Source: Sporopachydermia quercuum (Eukaryota). From it: DNA of 64,000 nucleotides. Made by a program: the position numbers and the translations under genes. Positions 33,144 through 45,764 of this stretch are shown piece by piece; position 1 is the stretch's first letter; every line of letters starts with the position of its first letter. The notes under the pieces are model-generated. The model did not search any database, was not told where the DNA came from, and saw only the letters and a list, made by a program, of their open reading frames with translations. Location of the stretch: the NCBI GenBank assembly GCA_001599295.1, contig BCGN01000005.1, forward strand, positions 372,001 through 436,000, given 5' to 3'.

Positions 33144-36100
33144 ATGACCGTTTTGATTGCGAGTATATTTTTGCCCTACACGGTGAAATTTGAGGTTGAT
33201 GCTTCANTACAAGGAGCAGCGATCCCGGCAGCTTTGGCGAACAATCACTCAGATAACATTGAAATCCCTTCATTAATCAAGCATTCTGATGATTATGAGT
33301 ACTCTCCGCCTTTGGCGCATAATAGTGCCAAAAGAAAGGTCTACAATAATAACATAGACCAGTCACAATCTCCTGAATCTCCAGCCAAACAATCATCACC
33401 AAATTCCATCAACATAAGCTTGTTGAGCCGTAAATCAGCTGTTCGCGATGTCTCCCTTCACAACAGCTCAACCGCACCCCAAAGGCCTTTGCTCAGACAA
33501 ACAGTGTCATCTAGCGTATATCCTNTGAGTTCAAGAAAATCTAAAAATTCTTATAATCAACGTCAGCCTTGGATGTTAAAGGAAGCAACCATTCTCCCTT
33601 CAAGNTCAAGTGCCTTCTCTTCTCTTCAAGCAACACCTTCACCACCACCAGCTGGCTCAGCATTGATGAATCATCCGGAGCTATCATTATCAACGGAAGA
33701 GTTTTTTAACACAGCGATCTCATCTCCTGATACAACTATGAATGAAAAAATGTTCTATAATGGTTCAGAGCCAAACACTCCAATAATGCAAACTACCCCT
33801 ATCGCAATTCAAACCCCGCAGCTACCTTCCCAGCAACAACACCAAGATCATGTCCCAATGAATTTGAAAAATCCCAGCAGTTTAGAATCTGAATTATCTG
33901 ATCTCAGCTTGTCTTCAGTGAACGAAGCATCTAATTTGGCTTCCAACCTATCGCATAACCTGCTAAAGTCGGGCGCTAAACCACCCCGACATCATTTCAT
34001 TCAGCCGCCTTCCCGGGCAGCTTTCTCTCCGTTTGCTCAATCCCTGGTTGATAGACGGAAATCAATCAGCATGGAGTCCCCAAGCGTTAGAATGCTCCCT
34101 GGACGCTCTGAATCGTTTGTTAATTTAAGAAACTCTGCAACTGGTATTATCAGAGATATTAACAGACCATATGATGATAGTAGTTATACCACTACAGCCA
34201 CTAACAAACGTCTTGTTCTCGCCGAGAGTAAACCACCCATATATGCTGAAGTTGATAGAAGTAAATCTGCTGTGAATTTGAGATCTATGGCTCATAACGC
34301 TGATATACAACCTCCCACTTTACCATCCGGCACTCTTTCCACTGACTACATGACTCAAGAATTCTCAGTACCTCACAGAGAATCAACAGTAACATTTCAA
34401 GATGGAATCACCATTGAATCTGATGATATCTTTGAAAGTGCCCCTTGGAAAGTTGAACGATTTTCGAAAGGCAATGGAGGATTGTATAATGCCGTTGGAA
34501 GGTCATTTTCAGAAAATGTCATTGAATCTCGAACTTGGATAGGTACTGCTGGTATGCCAATGGATGCTCTAACTCATCAAACAAAAGCAGCAATTACAGA
34601 CAAACTTGCTATTGAATATAACTGTGAATGTGTAGTGCCTACAGATACCATGTTTGAAGGTGCATACAATCATTTTTGCAAAGAAATCCTATGGCCAACT
34701 CTACATTATCAAATACCTGATAACCCGAAATCTAAAGCGTACGAAGATCACTCCTGGGAGCACTATAGAGACCTCAATCAACTGTTTGCTGATAAGATCG
34801 TGGATACGTACAAAGAGGGCGACACGATTTGGATCCATGATTATCATTTGATGCTTGTTCCTCAGATGGTTCGAGCCAAGCTGCCAAAAGCTGAGATTGG
34901 ATTTTTTCTTCATGTCTCATTTCCTTCAAGCGAAGTGTTTCGATGTTTTGCAACAAGAGGCAGAATGCTGGAGGGCCTATTAGGATCGAATTGCATTATA
35001 TTCCAAACAGAAGAGTACGCAAGACATTTCCTTCAAACGTGTAACCGTTTGCTGATGATTGACGTAACCTCAAATGGCGCTGTTAATAATGGGAGATTTG
35101 TCAGTGTGAAGCACTCAGCCATTGGAATTGATCCCAAGAAAGTTGAACTTCTAATGCAATCTGAGGAAGTGATTCGTTGGAGACATCTTATTAGAGAGAG
35201 ATTCTTTGATAAGAAGCTCCTTGTAGGGAGAGATAAGCTTGATAAAATCCGAGGCGTGAAGAACAAACTCTTGGGCTATGAAACATTCTTACGGGATCAT
35301 CCTGAATGGAGAGACAAAGTTGTGTTAATCCAGGTATGTCTGAAATCCTCATCAACAGATTCTGACTTAGAAGCAGACGTGAATCGCATTGTAGAAAGAA
35401 TCAATGCTATGTGCGGTGATATTGCTACTTCGTCGCAACCTATTGTGTTTCTTCACCAAGATATCTCTTTCCCTCAATACTTAGCTCTCATGAGTGAAGC
35501 TGAAACATTCAGTGTTACATCCCTCAGAGAAGGAATGAACTTGACATGTCATGAGTACATATTCTGCACCAATGAACGAAAGTCACCATTGATATTATCA
35601 GAATTCACAGGCTCAGCATCAATTCTCAACAAAGGAGCTATTTTAGTAAACCCTTGGGACAGACAACAACTAGCTGATAGTTTCCATCAGGCTCTTACTA
35701 TGACCCAAAGTGAAAGAGAAGACCGTTGGGCCAAGCTCTACGATTATGTAATCAAGCATAACTGTACTCACTGGATAAGTCAATGCCTTGAATTCATTCA
35801 TTCAGCTTGGGAAGAACAATTGCTAAGAGACTCTAGCCATGCTATTCGTATCAATGTCAGAAAGCTTCGAGATAAGTTCCAAGACATTGGTAAACTATAC
35901 AAACAGTGCACTTTGAGTCTATCGTCAAATAAAACCAAACGAATGCCAGTTAGAAGAGTATTCTTTCTCAATATTGAAAATCCTCCTGCTTTAGTTGTCA
36001 AAGGCCAATTCTCTTCCTCTGTCAGCTCTAATGTTGTTCCTATTTCTACTCAAAGAGCTCTTAGCATCTTGTCAGATTTAGCTTCTGATCCTTGTAACGT

Positions 36101-37190
36101 GGTATATCTCATATCATCATTGAAACGGTCAGAACTGGAAAGATTGTATAGGAGAGCTCCTAATTTGGGTCTCATTGCAGAAAGTGGCTCCTATATTAGA
36201 CCAGTGACATTCCAATCAGGATCAAATTCATCATCACCTCTATTTGGTCGATCTTTCGATAACTGGGTTTCTGTTGTTGATAAGCAATCTGTTGATCAAT
36301 GGAAACCAGCTGTTGTGGAAATGATGAACTCAATGGCTGAAAGATTACCAGGTTCTTATGTTGAAGTATTGGAAAGTACTATCAAATTCTATACAGGACC
36401 AGCTGAGGACCCCGAAAGAGCTATGGCCACTGCAGGTGAATGCATTGTTCATGTAAATGAGTTATTTGGAGTTCAAGGTGTTCATGCAACGTTGATCAAT
36501 AATGATGTTGTCGTGGTTCATGATAAAGTTGACTTGGAGTTGAAAGCTGTTCAGTTGGCTATTAGTATTCTCAGATCAGGTAATGTGTACACTGGTGGAG
36601 ATAATGAGAATGATAGAATTACAGTTTTATCAAACAAGACACCAAAGCCGATAAGTGGCAATCATGATGATAGTGAAAATAATGACAATAAGAATGGCCA
36701 CAATGATTCAGAAGATAGTATTCCCATCAATGATTTATCAATTAGTAGCACTGATAACAATAGCCAAAATGAAAGCAGCAAACCTGACGTCAAATCGGTC
36801 AACGATGATGGCACCGAGAGTAAGCATTCACCATTACCACCGACTCAAACCGACAGTCTCACAGGCAATATGCTCTCAAGAAGAAGGCCAAGTATAACCA
36901 AAACTAGGTACGAAAAAGTGAATATTTGTGAGCCATCTGAAGTGTTGTTTCTGTTTGTTGCTGGTGGATTACATCCTTATGACGAATCTGTATTTGAATA
37001 TGCTAATTCTTTAGCTACAAGAACAAGAGAAATAGAGGCAGACACCGAGAATAATGAAGGTGAGAAAGATATTGTTCTACCGGAAGAAAATGTGTTTACA
37101 GTATCTTTACATCCTAAGCCTGCTACATCAGCAAAAACTAGTCTGGAAGGTGTCAACAGGCTACTATTGTTGCTCAATACATTGGAATAG
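33144..37190 (+). CDS. TSL1: Trehalose synthase complex regulatory subunit Tsl1/Tps3
   Basis: 'MTVLIASIFLPYT', long low-complexity N-terminus, GT20 domain ('ILWPTLHYQIPD', 'WIHDYHLMLVP', 'GFFLHVSFPSSEVFRC', 'SLREGMNL'). The phosphatase domain lacks the DYDGT motif ('FFLNIENP'), which marks the regulatory type. Confidence 0.9.
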   Translation: MTVLIASIFLPYTVKFEVDASXQGAAIPAALANNHSDNIEIPSLIKHSDDYEYSPPLAHNSAKRKVYNNNIDQSQSPESPAKQSSPNSINISLLSRKSAVRDVSLHNSSTAPQRPLLRQTVSSSVYPXSSRKSKNSYNQRQPWMLKEATILPSXSSAFSSLQATPSPPPAGSALMNHPELSLSTEEFFNTAISSPDTTMNEKMFYNGSEPNTPIMQTTPIAIQTPQLPSQQQHQDHVPMNLKNPSSLESELSDLSLSSVNEASNLASNLSHNLLKSGAKPPRHHFIQPPSRAAFSPFAQSLVDRRKSISMESPSVRMLPGRSESFVNLRNSATGIIRDINRPYDDSSYTTTATNKRLVLAESKPPIYAEVDRSKSAVNLRSMAHNADIQPPTLPSGTLSTDYMTQEFSVPHRESTVTFQDGITIESDDIFESAPWKVERFSKGNGGLYNAVGRSFSENVIESRTWIGTAGMPMDALTHQTKAAITDKLAIEYNCECVVPTDTMFEGAYNHFCKEILWPTLHYQIPDNPKSKAYEDHSWEHYRDLNQLFADKIVDTYKEGDTIWIHDYHLMLVPQMVRAKLPKAEIGFFLHVSFPSSEVFRCFATRGRMLEGLLGSNCIIFQTEEYARHFLQTCNRLLMIDVTSNGAVNNGRFVSVKHSAIGIDPKKVELLMQSEEVIRWRHLIRERFFDKKLLVGRDKLDKIRGVKNKLLGYETFLRDHPEWRDKVVLIQVCLKSSSTDSDLEADVNRIVERINAMCGDIATSSQPIVFLHQDISFPQYLALMSEAETFSVTSLREGMNLTCHEYIFCTNERKSPLILSEFTGSASILNKGAILVNPWDRQQLADSFHQALTMTQSEREDRWAKLYDYVIKHNCTHWISQCLEFIHSAWEEQLLRDSSHAIRINVRKLRDKFQDIGKLYKQCTLSLSSNKTKRMPVRRVFFLNIENPPALVVKGQFSSSVSSNVVPISTQRALSILSDLASDPCNVVYLISSLKRSELERLYRRAPNLGLIAESGSYIRPVTFQSGSNSSSPLFGRSFDNWVSVVDKQSVDQWKPAVVEMMNSMAERLPGSYVEVLESTIKFYTGPAEDPERAMATAGECIVHVNELFGVQGVHATLINNDVVVVHDKVDLELKAVQLAISILRSGNVYTGGDNENDRITVLSNKTPKPISGNHDDSENNDNKNGHNDSEDSIPINDLSISSTDNNSQNESSKPDVKSVNDDGTESKHSPLPPTQTDSLTGNMLSRRRPSITKTRYEKVNICEPSEVLFLFVAGGLHPYDESVFEYANSLATRTREIEADTENNEGEKDIVLPEENVFTVSLHPKPATSAKTSLEGVNRLLLLLNTLE

Positions 37191-37267
37191 GAAACGNTAA
37201 GTAACAAGAAACAAAGGTATAGATAGTTACAAGTACATTTTTATATAAATGACGAATTAAAATTACA

Positions 37268-39505
37268 TCAGGCTTTGGTTTCAACGGTATCAGAGGCACT
37301 TTCTGATGCTTCTGCGATAGAAGTTTCAGGTTCTTCACTTTTAGCACCTTCAACCTCAACTGCGGAAGCTCCAGTAACTGCGGAAGCTCCAGTAGCTTCG
37401 GCAGTAGCAGTAGTAGCATCATCAGCAGTACTACCAACTGGTTTTGCTGACTCCTCATGCTTATTGTTCTCAACCCCAAAAATCCTATGCAATAACTCAT
37501 GGACCTCTTTCTTGGGCAACATCAAATTAATAGAGTTCTTTCCTCGCCAGAAAGGNACCACCAAATCATCTTCTTCTTTTCTATCAACGATTAAAAAGCC
37601 ACAACCTTCTTCAAGTTCTGTAGCTCCTTTGACAAAGGTTTCATCCACATCAGACAAATCCTTGAGCTTGGGGAAACTTTCCTCACATAATCTCAACAAT
37701 AAACCTAATGAGCATTTTACTTTTCGCTTGTCACTGGTGAAAGGAGCAATCAAATTAATACCTTCTGATTGAACTCTCCAGATGATCTTACCTTCTGATT
37801 TTTGAGAACAGAACATCTTAATCCCAGCATGAGTAAACTTAAGCTTGGTTTCATTATACACCAAGACATCTTTGATAGCTGGAGAAACATAATATATAGT
37901 TCTAATAGGTTCACCAGTAGCATTACGTACTAAGAATGAATCTGATGGGAATGCTTGTTTATCAATACCGTAGAACTCGTAACAACCAGCTAAAACTTCA
38001 TTAGAAGGTGATAGGAATTTGAAGGGCTCCTCGTTAGCGTCTCTTGGCAATTTCTCCTTCTTTACGACTGGTTCTATACTTTGTTTAGTTTCAGCACTTT
38101 CAGCACCTTCAGAAATCTCATTTACTGCCCTTTCTTCAGGTTTTGGTGTTTCAGTTTCAACTCTGGTCTTCTTAGCTTGTTGTTCTTCACTATCGGACGA
38201 TACTTCTTGTTCACGTTTCAAAATATTACCACTAGAGCTTTTTGCTCCTTGTTCAGGCGCAGAGTCCTTTTCAAACACAGTAATGAAAAATCCACCAGTG
38301 TTCTGTAAATGAGGATACACTCTGATACATTTNTGTAGACCAAATTTAGCAATTTCGTCTTCTGTAGGTGGGAAACAACTTCTGGGTAGCTCATGATTAT
38401 TCTTACCTTNAAAGTTCCAAGTATAGTATGCCTTATCCTTGGCCAAGACCTTCCACGATGTTAAACCGTCAACCCTCTTCAAACCAGGTAACTCATTAGA
38501 ACAGTCAACAAGCTTAACATTATTATACCTTCTTAAAGCTTCAGCAACAACGGCTTCATTTTCAATAGGGTTCAACGAACAAGTTGAATAAACCAATCTT
38601 CCACCAGGTTTCAATAGTTGTAATCCTCTTGCAAGAATGTTAATCTGAGTAGGATGAAGACCTAATGCACTTCCAGGTCCCCAGGTTTCCCATACATTGA
38701 TATTCTTTCTCATAGTGCCATCACCGGAACACGGAACATCGCATAATACACGGTCAAACTTAGCATAGACGGTTCCTGACTCATTTAATCGAACTCTAGG
38801 AAAGAATTGAGCATCGTGATTNGCAATAATAAGGTTAGGCGAGTTCAAACGTTTGACTTGATGAATCAACATATGTGATCTCTTATAGTCTGAATCATTT
38901 GCAAGAACAATACCACTTGGAAGCTGGCTTTGATCATTAACAGAGTGTAGAGCTTCAATCAATTGAGCAGTCTTGGAACCGGGTGCTGCACACATATCAA
39001 TCACCCAATGATAAGGCTCAACCTTCATTAAAAGAGGTGGGATCATAGAAACTGCTTCTTGTCTACTGATGTTACCAACCTCGGTTTGAACAACCAAGAA
39101 CCTTTGGAAACGAGCAAACTCCTTGTTTTTACGAATAACATTCTTACTGACTTCAAATTGCCATGCAAGATCGTCGGGGTAGAATGGTAAAGGCGAAGGA
39201 GGTTTAATCTCTTCGCCTTCCCATACAACATTCGATAACAAAGGAACATACTTCTCAACCAGGCTTTTCTTGATTTCTAAAGCATGTGATCGCGAGCCAG
39301 TAATTCTAAAGGTTAAAGGTAAGGGTGTTTGGCATGCTGTTTTGAATTCTTGCCATTGCTCTTCAGGAATAATTCCTAAGTCTTTATAGTATCTCTCCCA
39401 TAGTTCATTCTCCTTTACAGCTGAGGCCCAATTACCTCTAGTTCCCTGGTTGTTCCCACGATTGAACCCTCTATTTCCGCCCTTTTTGAAACCACGTTTA
39501 CCCAT
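37268..39505 (-). CDS. NCL1: tRNA (cytosine-5)-methyltransferase Ncl1/Trm4 (NSUN2)
   Basis: '[14 protein letters not shown]', '[13 protein letters not shown]', '[15 protein letters not shown]', '[15 protein letters not shown]', '[10 protein letters not shown]'. First ATG is 39505. Confidence 0.96.
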   Translation of the reverse strand: MGKRGFKKGGNRGFNRGNNQGTRGNWASAVKENELWERYYKDLGIIPEEQWQEFKTACQTPLPLTFRITGSRSHALEIKKSLVEKYVPLLSNVVWEGEEIKPPSPLPFYPDDLAWQFEVSKNVIRKNKEFARFQRFLVVQTEVGNISRQEAVSMIPPLLMKVEPYHWVIDMCAAPGSKTAQLIEALHSVNDQSQLPSGIVLANDSDYKRSHMLIHQVKRLNSPNLIIXNHDAQFFPRVRLNESGTVYAKFDRVLCDVPCSGDGTMRKNINVWETWGPGSALGLHPTQINILARGLQLLKPGGRLVYSTCSLNPIENEAVVAEALRRYNNVKLVDCSNELPGLKRVDGLTSWKVLAKDKAYYTWNFXGKNNHELPRSCFPPTEDEIAKFGLXKCIRVYPHLQNTGGFFITVFEKDSAPEQGAKSSSGNILKREQEVSSDSEEQQAKKTRVETETPKPEERAVNEISEGAESAETKQSIEPVVKKEKLPRDANEEPFKFLSPSNEVLAGCYEFYGIDKQAFPSDSFLVRNATGEPIRTIYYVSPAIKDVLVYNETKLKFTHAGIKMFCSQKSEGKIIWRVQSEGINLIAPFTSDKRKVKCSLGLLLRLCEESFPKLKDLSDVDETFVKGATELEEGCGFLIVDRKEEDDLVXPFWRGKNSINLMLPKKEVHELLHRIFGVENNKHEESAKPVGSTADDATTATAEATGASAVTGASAVEVEGAKSEEPETSIAEASESASDTVETKA
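37358..37393. repeat. 18-nt tandem duplication in the NCL1 tail
   Basis: AACTGCGGAAGCTCCAGT x2, encoding [12 protein letters not shown] on the minus strand. Confidence 0.8.
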
Positions 39506-40420
39506 CTTAAATAATACTTGAACGGTTCTCAACTTTCCAAATTAGCCTTCTACTTGCTGATTCAATTCAACAAAATCCTATCGTATAGGTCAATAGTCAA
39601 TTCCGTACCTTTACTATAAAACAGACACAAGACAATCACTAGTTCCTGAAGAGTCCCTAAGCTTGTACAGTTTTTCTCAAAGGTTTACCAGACAATGCAA
39701 ATCCCCAGTAGAAAAATATCTCAATATTGTCACCTAAATACACACATATCGCATCTATTGGTACCACATCGAAACAATACATAATGCCTTACCGGTCATT
39801 CTATTTGGTTTCATTATTAAAACTTGCATCTCCATACAAAATAAAAAAATATTTCACCTTCACCTATTTTGGGTCTCAATTCAAACTTTGACTTACCCGG
39901 GATAGATTTTGAAGATAGGTATTATTGTGGACGTAATCAAAAAGCCTATAGTCATGACAAGCATGACAATAGNTTTTCTTCATTACGTAATCGCTATTTT
40001 CTCTCATGCAAGATTCTATTTTCAGTCCGAATGTGGCTCAGGTTATGTGGCTCACACCAGTTTGCCTCATTTATTAGTACCGCACCTTAGAAGATGAACA
40101 GATGAATGAGCCTAGAAGAAAGATTATCGGCTACTAGCATTGATAACGGAAGTGCTGTTGTGCCGCTTGTTGATTAGTAGTGAACAGTTTACTGATTTGG
40201 CCACAGTGGAAGGTGTAGCAGGATTTAAACACAGGAAGGAAGAATTCGCACTGTGAATTCTAACTGTTGATTCTGGCATCAGGCAAAATAAAAGTCATCA
40301 CCACATAGATCTACAAATCTTTGGCTGAACCATTCTTCGGAACAACATAAAACAGACAATAGAACGTTGAAAAAATTGACGTTGTCATAAAACTAATCAA
40401 ACTATGGTAACAAGATCAAC

Positions 40421-42050
40421 ATGAAACGCTATGGCTACGGACTTGTATGTTGTATTTGCTGTTTGATGAGGTAGTAAAGATTGTATCAGCTTGCAGTAGC
40501 TATCANCTATGAATAAGCTTGATTGAACCTGGTTCTACCTACACTATTTACATACATTCTTCTACCTATCTTCTTCTAATTAGCTTGCCATACTAACCAT
40601 ATTCTAGCTGGGCGCTGGCCTCTTCACATCCATTTATCACCATTATTCAAACTCCCCAGAAAGAGCATCGACAACCTCATTTACAGCTAACACCGTTTTC
40701 TTACCACTAGCAAGAATATACAGCATCATTGCTGAACTACTACTAAACGCAAACAATGGAACACTTGCAAGTCATGCTAAAAGTATTTGGATCAGCTCAC
40801 CTCTATTAATAATTCAATCGTTGATAGTATCAGCCATTTGTATTGGTAGAGTGTTCCTATGGTTGTTCTTTGGCCCTTTAAGAGATATCGAGAAAAAGAC
40901 ATTATACGATAGAGCATTCTACACATCAGCTCAATTTCTAATGACTTTAATTGTAATGCGGGAGAATCTTTCAATCAAATTTCTGGCGTCTTTTTTCATA
41001 ATAATCTTCCTGAAGTTCTTTCACTGGCTAAGCAATGATAGAATTGAATANATGTTCCAAAGAATCGATTGGAAGGAAAGCTTTGATTTTGGTAATGAAA
41101 ACATGAAAAATGAAGCTTTATCGCATCTTAGATTTATCTCAGGGTTATTTATATTGGAATTGGTTGACGTCTTTCTAATTTACTACTGTTTGGACGAAAT
41201 ATTCAATGGCAGAAAAACAGCATTAACTACTGTTTTGGTGTTTGAAATATCCATTCTATACCTCTCAATCATCTACACAACGGCAAAGTATATTGCTTCA
41301 TACATCGAATTCAGATATATTCAACATAAAATCAAACAAGTCATACTGAAAACAACTGCCGATTTCAATCAAAGAAACAAAAGAAATGATGATCTGATAG
41401 ATTTAAATGACCTAATAGTTTCCAACTCGTATAATGACTATATCGACAATATCCCAGACTCCTGGCCTCAGAAAAAACTAGTGTTATTTTCGGCCAGGGT
41501 TGTCGTTCAACTATTGAAACTAATCATCATCACCATTTTTTCCCTAGTTCTATTGGCAGATTATTGCTTTCCTATTCATATATTTTTAGAAGCTTATACT
41601 ACGTTAAGAGTGTTGATAACTAAGACTAGAAGATTCATACGGTTCAATCGTGAAATGAATAAGTTCTATTTGAGTCTGCCTGATGCTACAGTTAATGAAT
41701 TGACGTCTAAATCGGATCAAATGTGCCCCATTTGTCGCTGCCAAATGTCAACCCCAGCTGCAGATATTTCTACAGCAGAGGGAAACGAAACGGGGAACGA
41801 GCTTGAGGCCGAAACGCCAATCATCACAGCTGTTTCAAATTACTGTCAAATGAATCCTACAACACCCAAAAAGCTCCCATGTGGTCATATTATGCATACG
41901 GGNTGTTTATTCGATTTGGTTTCTAGTTCACTTCATGTTGCATGTTGTCCCATTTGCAGGAAGGAGATTTATATTAAAGGTCATAGAAGAAACAACAGTA
42001 GAGGCAACAGACATGTAAGATCGTTTTCTGATCCTTTTGATGGAATATAG
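40421..42050 (+). CDS. Hrd1/synoviolin-like ER membrane RING-H2 ubiquitin ligase (divergent), 2 exons: 40421-40444 and 40608-42050
   Basis: 'FFGPLRDIE', 'LKFFHWL..DRIE', several TM helices, RING-H2 'CPIC...PKKLPCGHIMHTGC...CPICR'. Intron 40445-40607 (GTATGT...TACTAAC...TAG) is in frame with the track ORF. Codon TAN at 41049-41051 is ambiguous (Tyr assumed). Confidence 0.75.
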
Positions 42051-42921
42051 TAGTATACCAGTGAGGAAAAGAAGATGTTGATAGCAGGACAACGAAAGGA
42101 TACTTCATTGAGCTTTCAATAGATTATTCAAGAAAGGAAGAAAGCATAGTTTAATTTGCAATTTGAAACTTTGCATATTCAGCTAAAGTGGATATTAGAT
42201 ATTGAATATTATATTCAAATGGGTATTAACGGTTTAGTTTTTTCAGGGGTTTGCTTTTGGTTTGGACGTATAAAATGGTTAGTATTAGTAATAGCAATGG
42301 TAACAATAGTAGTATTAATGATATTTATAACTATTGCAGCTGCTATAATATTGTAGATTACCAATTTCCTNTCTCGAATTCTGTTATTCATATTTANTTG
42401 TAAACCAAACGAATGANCATTTGTTGAAAGGAGACGCGTATGGGACATGGATATTTCTCCTGGTCTTCACTAATGAAAGCTGGTTGAAACAGCAGCCTGT
42501 GCATGGCGGTGAAATGGCAAATGCTAAAAATTTCTTCAATAAACTAAATAATNAGAAACATTTGGAGAATCCCTCGAATTATATTGCTATTATATAATAG
42601 GTACATGCTATATGTATACTAGTGGTATCTTGATTTTCCGCTGTTGCTGGGAATGCCTAGCAGATCCACAACTTCCTATGCCAAAAATATACTCAATTCC
42701 CCGAAGTGAAAAAGGAAAACAAGGGCGAGAATGAGATTCTCCATTAATAATTGAGTACACATCATGTATTTGGTATGCAATCAATGCTCAGCCCATAGTT
42801 AGAAAGGAAGTAGGGGACCTCCTACTCCTACAAATCAATTCATTATCATAACTATCAAATCAATTATTAAATTACCCATTAACCTAAAATACATATTACC
42901 TATTACTGTCTGAACCAAATC

Positions 42922-45435
42922 CTAAGCAACGGTCTGCTCCTGACGAGAAGAAACCTGTGATGTATTCCTCTTCTTAGGTAGCATATATTTCATAAAACTG
43001 CGCTGTAGAGTTCTTCTAATACTAATCTTTTGAGCTCCAACAAAGCTTTCAACCGACACTTTAATAGCCATGTCAATATCACTGGCATTGACAAATTCTG
43101 ATAGTCGCATTTTAGCAAAAGACTCAGCAATACGTAAAATAGATTCCAAATGTCTAACAGTAATAGGGAATCCTCCTGTAGCGATGGATTCCCTTCTTAG
43201 ATCAACATAAACTCTGGAGATCTTATCAACGTCCATTTGATGGAGCTTAGGGTAAACTTTGGCTCTAGCATAACGAATATATTTGACCAAAAAGTCTTGG
43301 TTTACCGGTGAAATCGCTTCCATAGATCGCGACTCAACTCCTGATGGTCGTCCTATATCAACAGGATGAGATCTTGAATGACTATCTACGATAAACTTAG
43401 CTAGCTGTTCATCGGCTTCTGGGTCAACTAGATCCCTTACAACACATAAAATATCGAAACGAGAAAGAATTGGCTCTGTCAAATCCACATTCTGCGATAA
43501 AGGAAGAGTAGCATTATATCTACCACCGTTAGGATTGGCAGCAGCTATAATGGCACATCTAGCTTGTAATGAAGTAACGATACCAGCTTTAGAAATAGAG
43601 ATAGACTGCTGTTCCATAGCTTCATGAATGGACGTCCTGTCTTGATCATTCATTTTATCAAATTCATCAATAAGACACGTTCCTTTATCAGCAAGCACTA
43701 ATGCACCACCTTCTAAAGTCCATTCCCGAGTAATAGGATCTTTTCTCACCGAAGCAGTTAAACCAACGGCAGACGCTCCTTGACCAGTAGCGAAAACAGC
43801 CCGTTTAGCAGTTTTCTCAATATATTTCAGAAATTGAGACTTGGCGGTACCAGGATCACCAAGAAGAAGAACATTAATATCTCCTCTGATAGAATGCTTG
43901 CCATTGACATCTTTCGGTACTCCACCAAAAATCGAGCATGCCAAAGCAGTTTTGATATCTCTATGGCCGAAAATCGATGGCGCAATTGACGATATAATCT
44001 TATCAATGACTTTCTTATCTTTGGAGAATTTTCTGAATGCTTGTTCTTCTTCATCTGTCCAAATCATCTCATCACTATTTCTCTCTTCTTTCCTCCTGAC
44101 TAAATTTGCTTCAATGACAGTAGCAAACACAGGAAACCCGTTTTTAGCATTCAGATTACCATCATAAGTGTTCTTATAAACACCAGTCACTTCAATCTCT
44201 TCACCTGGTTTAGCTGTATCAATCAAGTCCCAGAGAAGAATAACCTCACGATGTCTAGGTAATCTGCCAGCAGGAACAGTACCAGGGGATTCTTGCAATG
44301 TAATCCTTTGATAATTTCTATACACTGTTTTATCAGAATTCATTTTGAAAGGGCCGTGAGACTGACAGCTATGGCAATACGATACTGATACTTCTTTGTT
44401 TGATTCTTGCGGGAAAGGACCAAGAACAGTACCACATTTAAGGCAGTCGAATTTGACGTACTTTAATTGAGGGAAAACACCAGTTCGTCTTGTGACAACA
44501 CCTGAGACTCTGACGAAAGAATTCAAGTGGGTTTGACGTAATTCCCTCAAGGAAAGGAAAGTAGGCAAATCGGTTATTCTCACATGGATTTCGGAGTGAA
44601 TTTTGGAATACTCAGGATAATGAAGTTCTGTTGCTTGCATAGCTACAACGTCAAATATTCTAAGCATATCAACAGGATCAACAGATAAAAACATAGCAAG
44701 AACAGCTTTTGATTCCATCAAATGAACATAACTGACTTCAAGAGATTCACTATTGACTTCACCCAAAGCTCTGATTCTGGCACCGTAAACTGATCTACCA
44801 TTGGAATCAGTGAATTCCAATAGGAAATTCTTCAGTTCTTTAGCAATACCTCGGGCAACAGCCGGTTGAGAGATCCACTCGGCAATACTTGGTGCTTTCA
44901 CATCGGCAATAGCATCTAATGGTAACTCTTCGGACATGGGATCAATTTCTTCTAATTCTTCGTTATCATCATCTTGATATCTATGTCTCCTTCTTCTTAC
45001 CGTAGGGATTGCAATCTGATCTTCACCTTCTTCATCTTCGAGAAAAGCATCAGGTAGTCTTTGTCTTAAAATTCTATCTCTTTTATTGAGTCTTTCGTCA
45101 ATTTGTCTTCTCGTTCCAATATCTAAGCCCTCATAATCAGCATCGTCAATGTGTTCTTCACCTAAATCATAAGTATCTTGTTCGGCATTTCTTCTATAAT
45201 CTCTTTCCATATCGTCACCGAACAAATCTTCACCTTGTTCTTCTTCAGCCAATTCATCTAAATCGTCCACATCAACTTCTAGTTCACGATCATCAAACTC
45301 GCTTGGGAACCTCGGGGGTGAAGATGGCGGTAATGAAGATGGAGGTTCAGCATTGCCTGGTAAAGCATCGTGGAACTCTTCTTCGTCTGAAGAGTCGTTA
45401 TCGTTATTAGGTCTTTTCCTCTGCGACGGTGCCAT
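42922..45435 (-). CDS. MCM2: Replicative helicase subunit Mcm2
   Basis: 'GEDLFGD', Zn finger C..C/C..C, Walker A 'GDPGTAKSQ', 'IDEFDKM', 'ILSRFD', 'ITVRHLES'. Confidence 0.98.
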   Translation of the reverse strand: MAPSQRKRPNNDNDSSDEEEFHDALPGNAEPPSSLPPSSPPRFPSEFDDRELEVDVDDLDELAEEEQGEDLFGDDMERDYRRNAEQDTYDLGEEHIDDADYEGLDIGTRRQIDERLNKRDRILRQRLPDAFLEDEEGEDQIAIPTVRRRRHRYQDDDNEELEEIDPMSEELPLDAIADVKAPSIAEWISQPAVARGIAKELKNFLLEFTDSNGRSVYGARIRALGEVNSESLEVSYVHLMESKAVLAMFLSVDPVDMLRIFDVVAMQATELHYPEYSKIHSEIHVRITDLPTFLSLRELRQTHLNSFVRVSGVVTRRTGVFPQLKYVKFDCLKCGTVLGPFPQESNKEVSVSYCHSCQSHGPFKMNSDKTVYRNYQRITLQESPGTVPAGRLPRHREVILLWDLIDTAKPGEEIEVTGVYKNTYDGNLNAKNGFPVFATVIEANLVRRKEERNSDEMIWTDEEEQAFRKFSKDKKVIDKIISSIAPSIFGHRDIKTALACSIFGGVPKDVNGKHSIRGDINVLLLGDPGTAKSQFLKYIEKTAKRAVFATGQGASAVGLTASVRKDPITREWTLEGGALVLADKGTCLIDEFDKMNDQDRTSIHEAMEQQSISISKAGIVTSLQARCAIIAAANPNGGRYNATLPLSQNVDLTEPILSRFDILCVVRDLVDPEADEQLAKFIVDSHSRSHPVDIGRPSGVESRSMEAISPVNQDFLVKYIRYARAKVYPKLHQMDVDKISRVYVDLRRESIATGGFPITVRHLESILRIAESFAKMRLSEFVNASDIDMAIKVSVESFVGAQKISIRRTLQRSFMKYMLPKKRNTSQVSSRQEQTVA

Positions 45436-45764
45436 TTTGCTATAAAAGTGTTCTTGGGCAATTACTTCTAGAAATGATTCCTGCTGGTACTCTCAAGTGA
45501 ATTATATTGACTGCAAGCAAAAGGATCAATGGATCAACTGGTTCTGAAAAAGAAATTACTAACAACAAGTATGACCTTTCAGCAATTGACGATCATATAA
45601 ATCAACATCAGCCATACAATAGAAAATAAAAAAGAACAATAAAAAAATCCAAACAAACCATTGGAACGAATAGTTCTTGAGCATATCAACAGGAAACGGA
45701 AACACTCTATAGCGTATCTCCTAACTTGTTCATCTAATAGTTCACTTTCAGTCTACAAGTTATT

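Noticed and set aside
40124..40279. 51-codon minus-strand ORF MPESTVRIHS... and small hairpins between NCL1 and the HRD1-like gene
   Set aside because: No recognisable similarity; the length is expected by chance.
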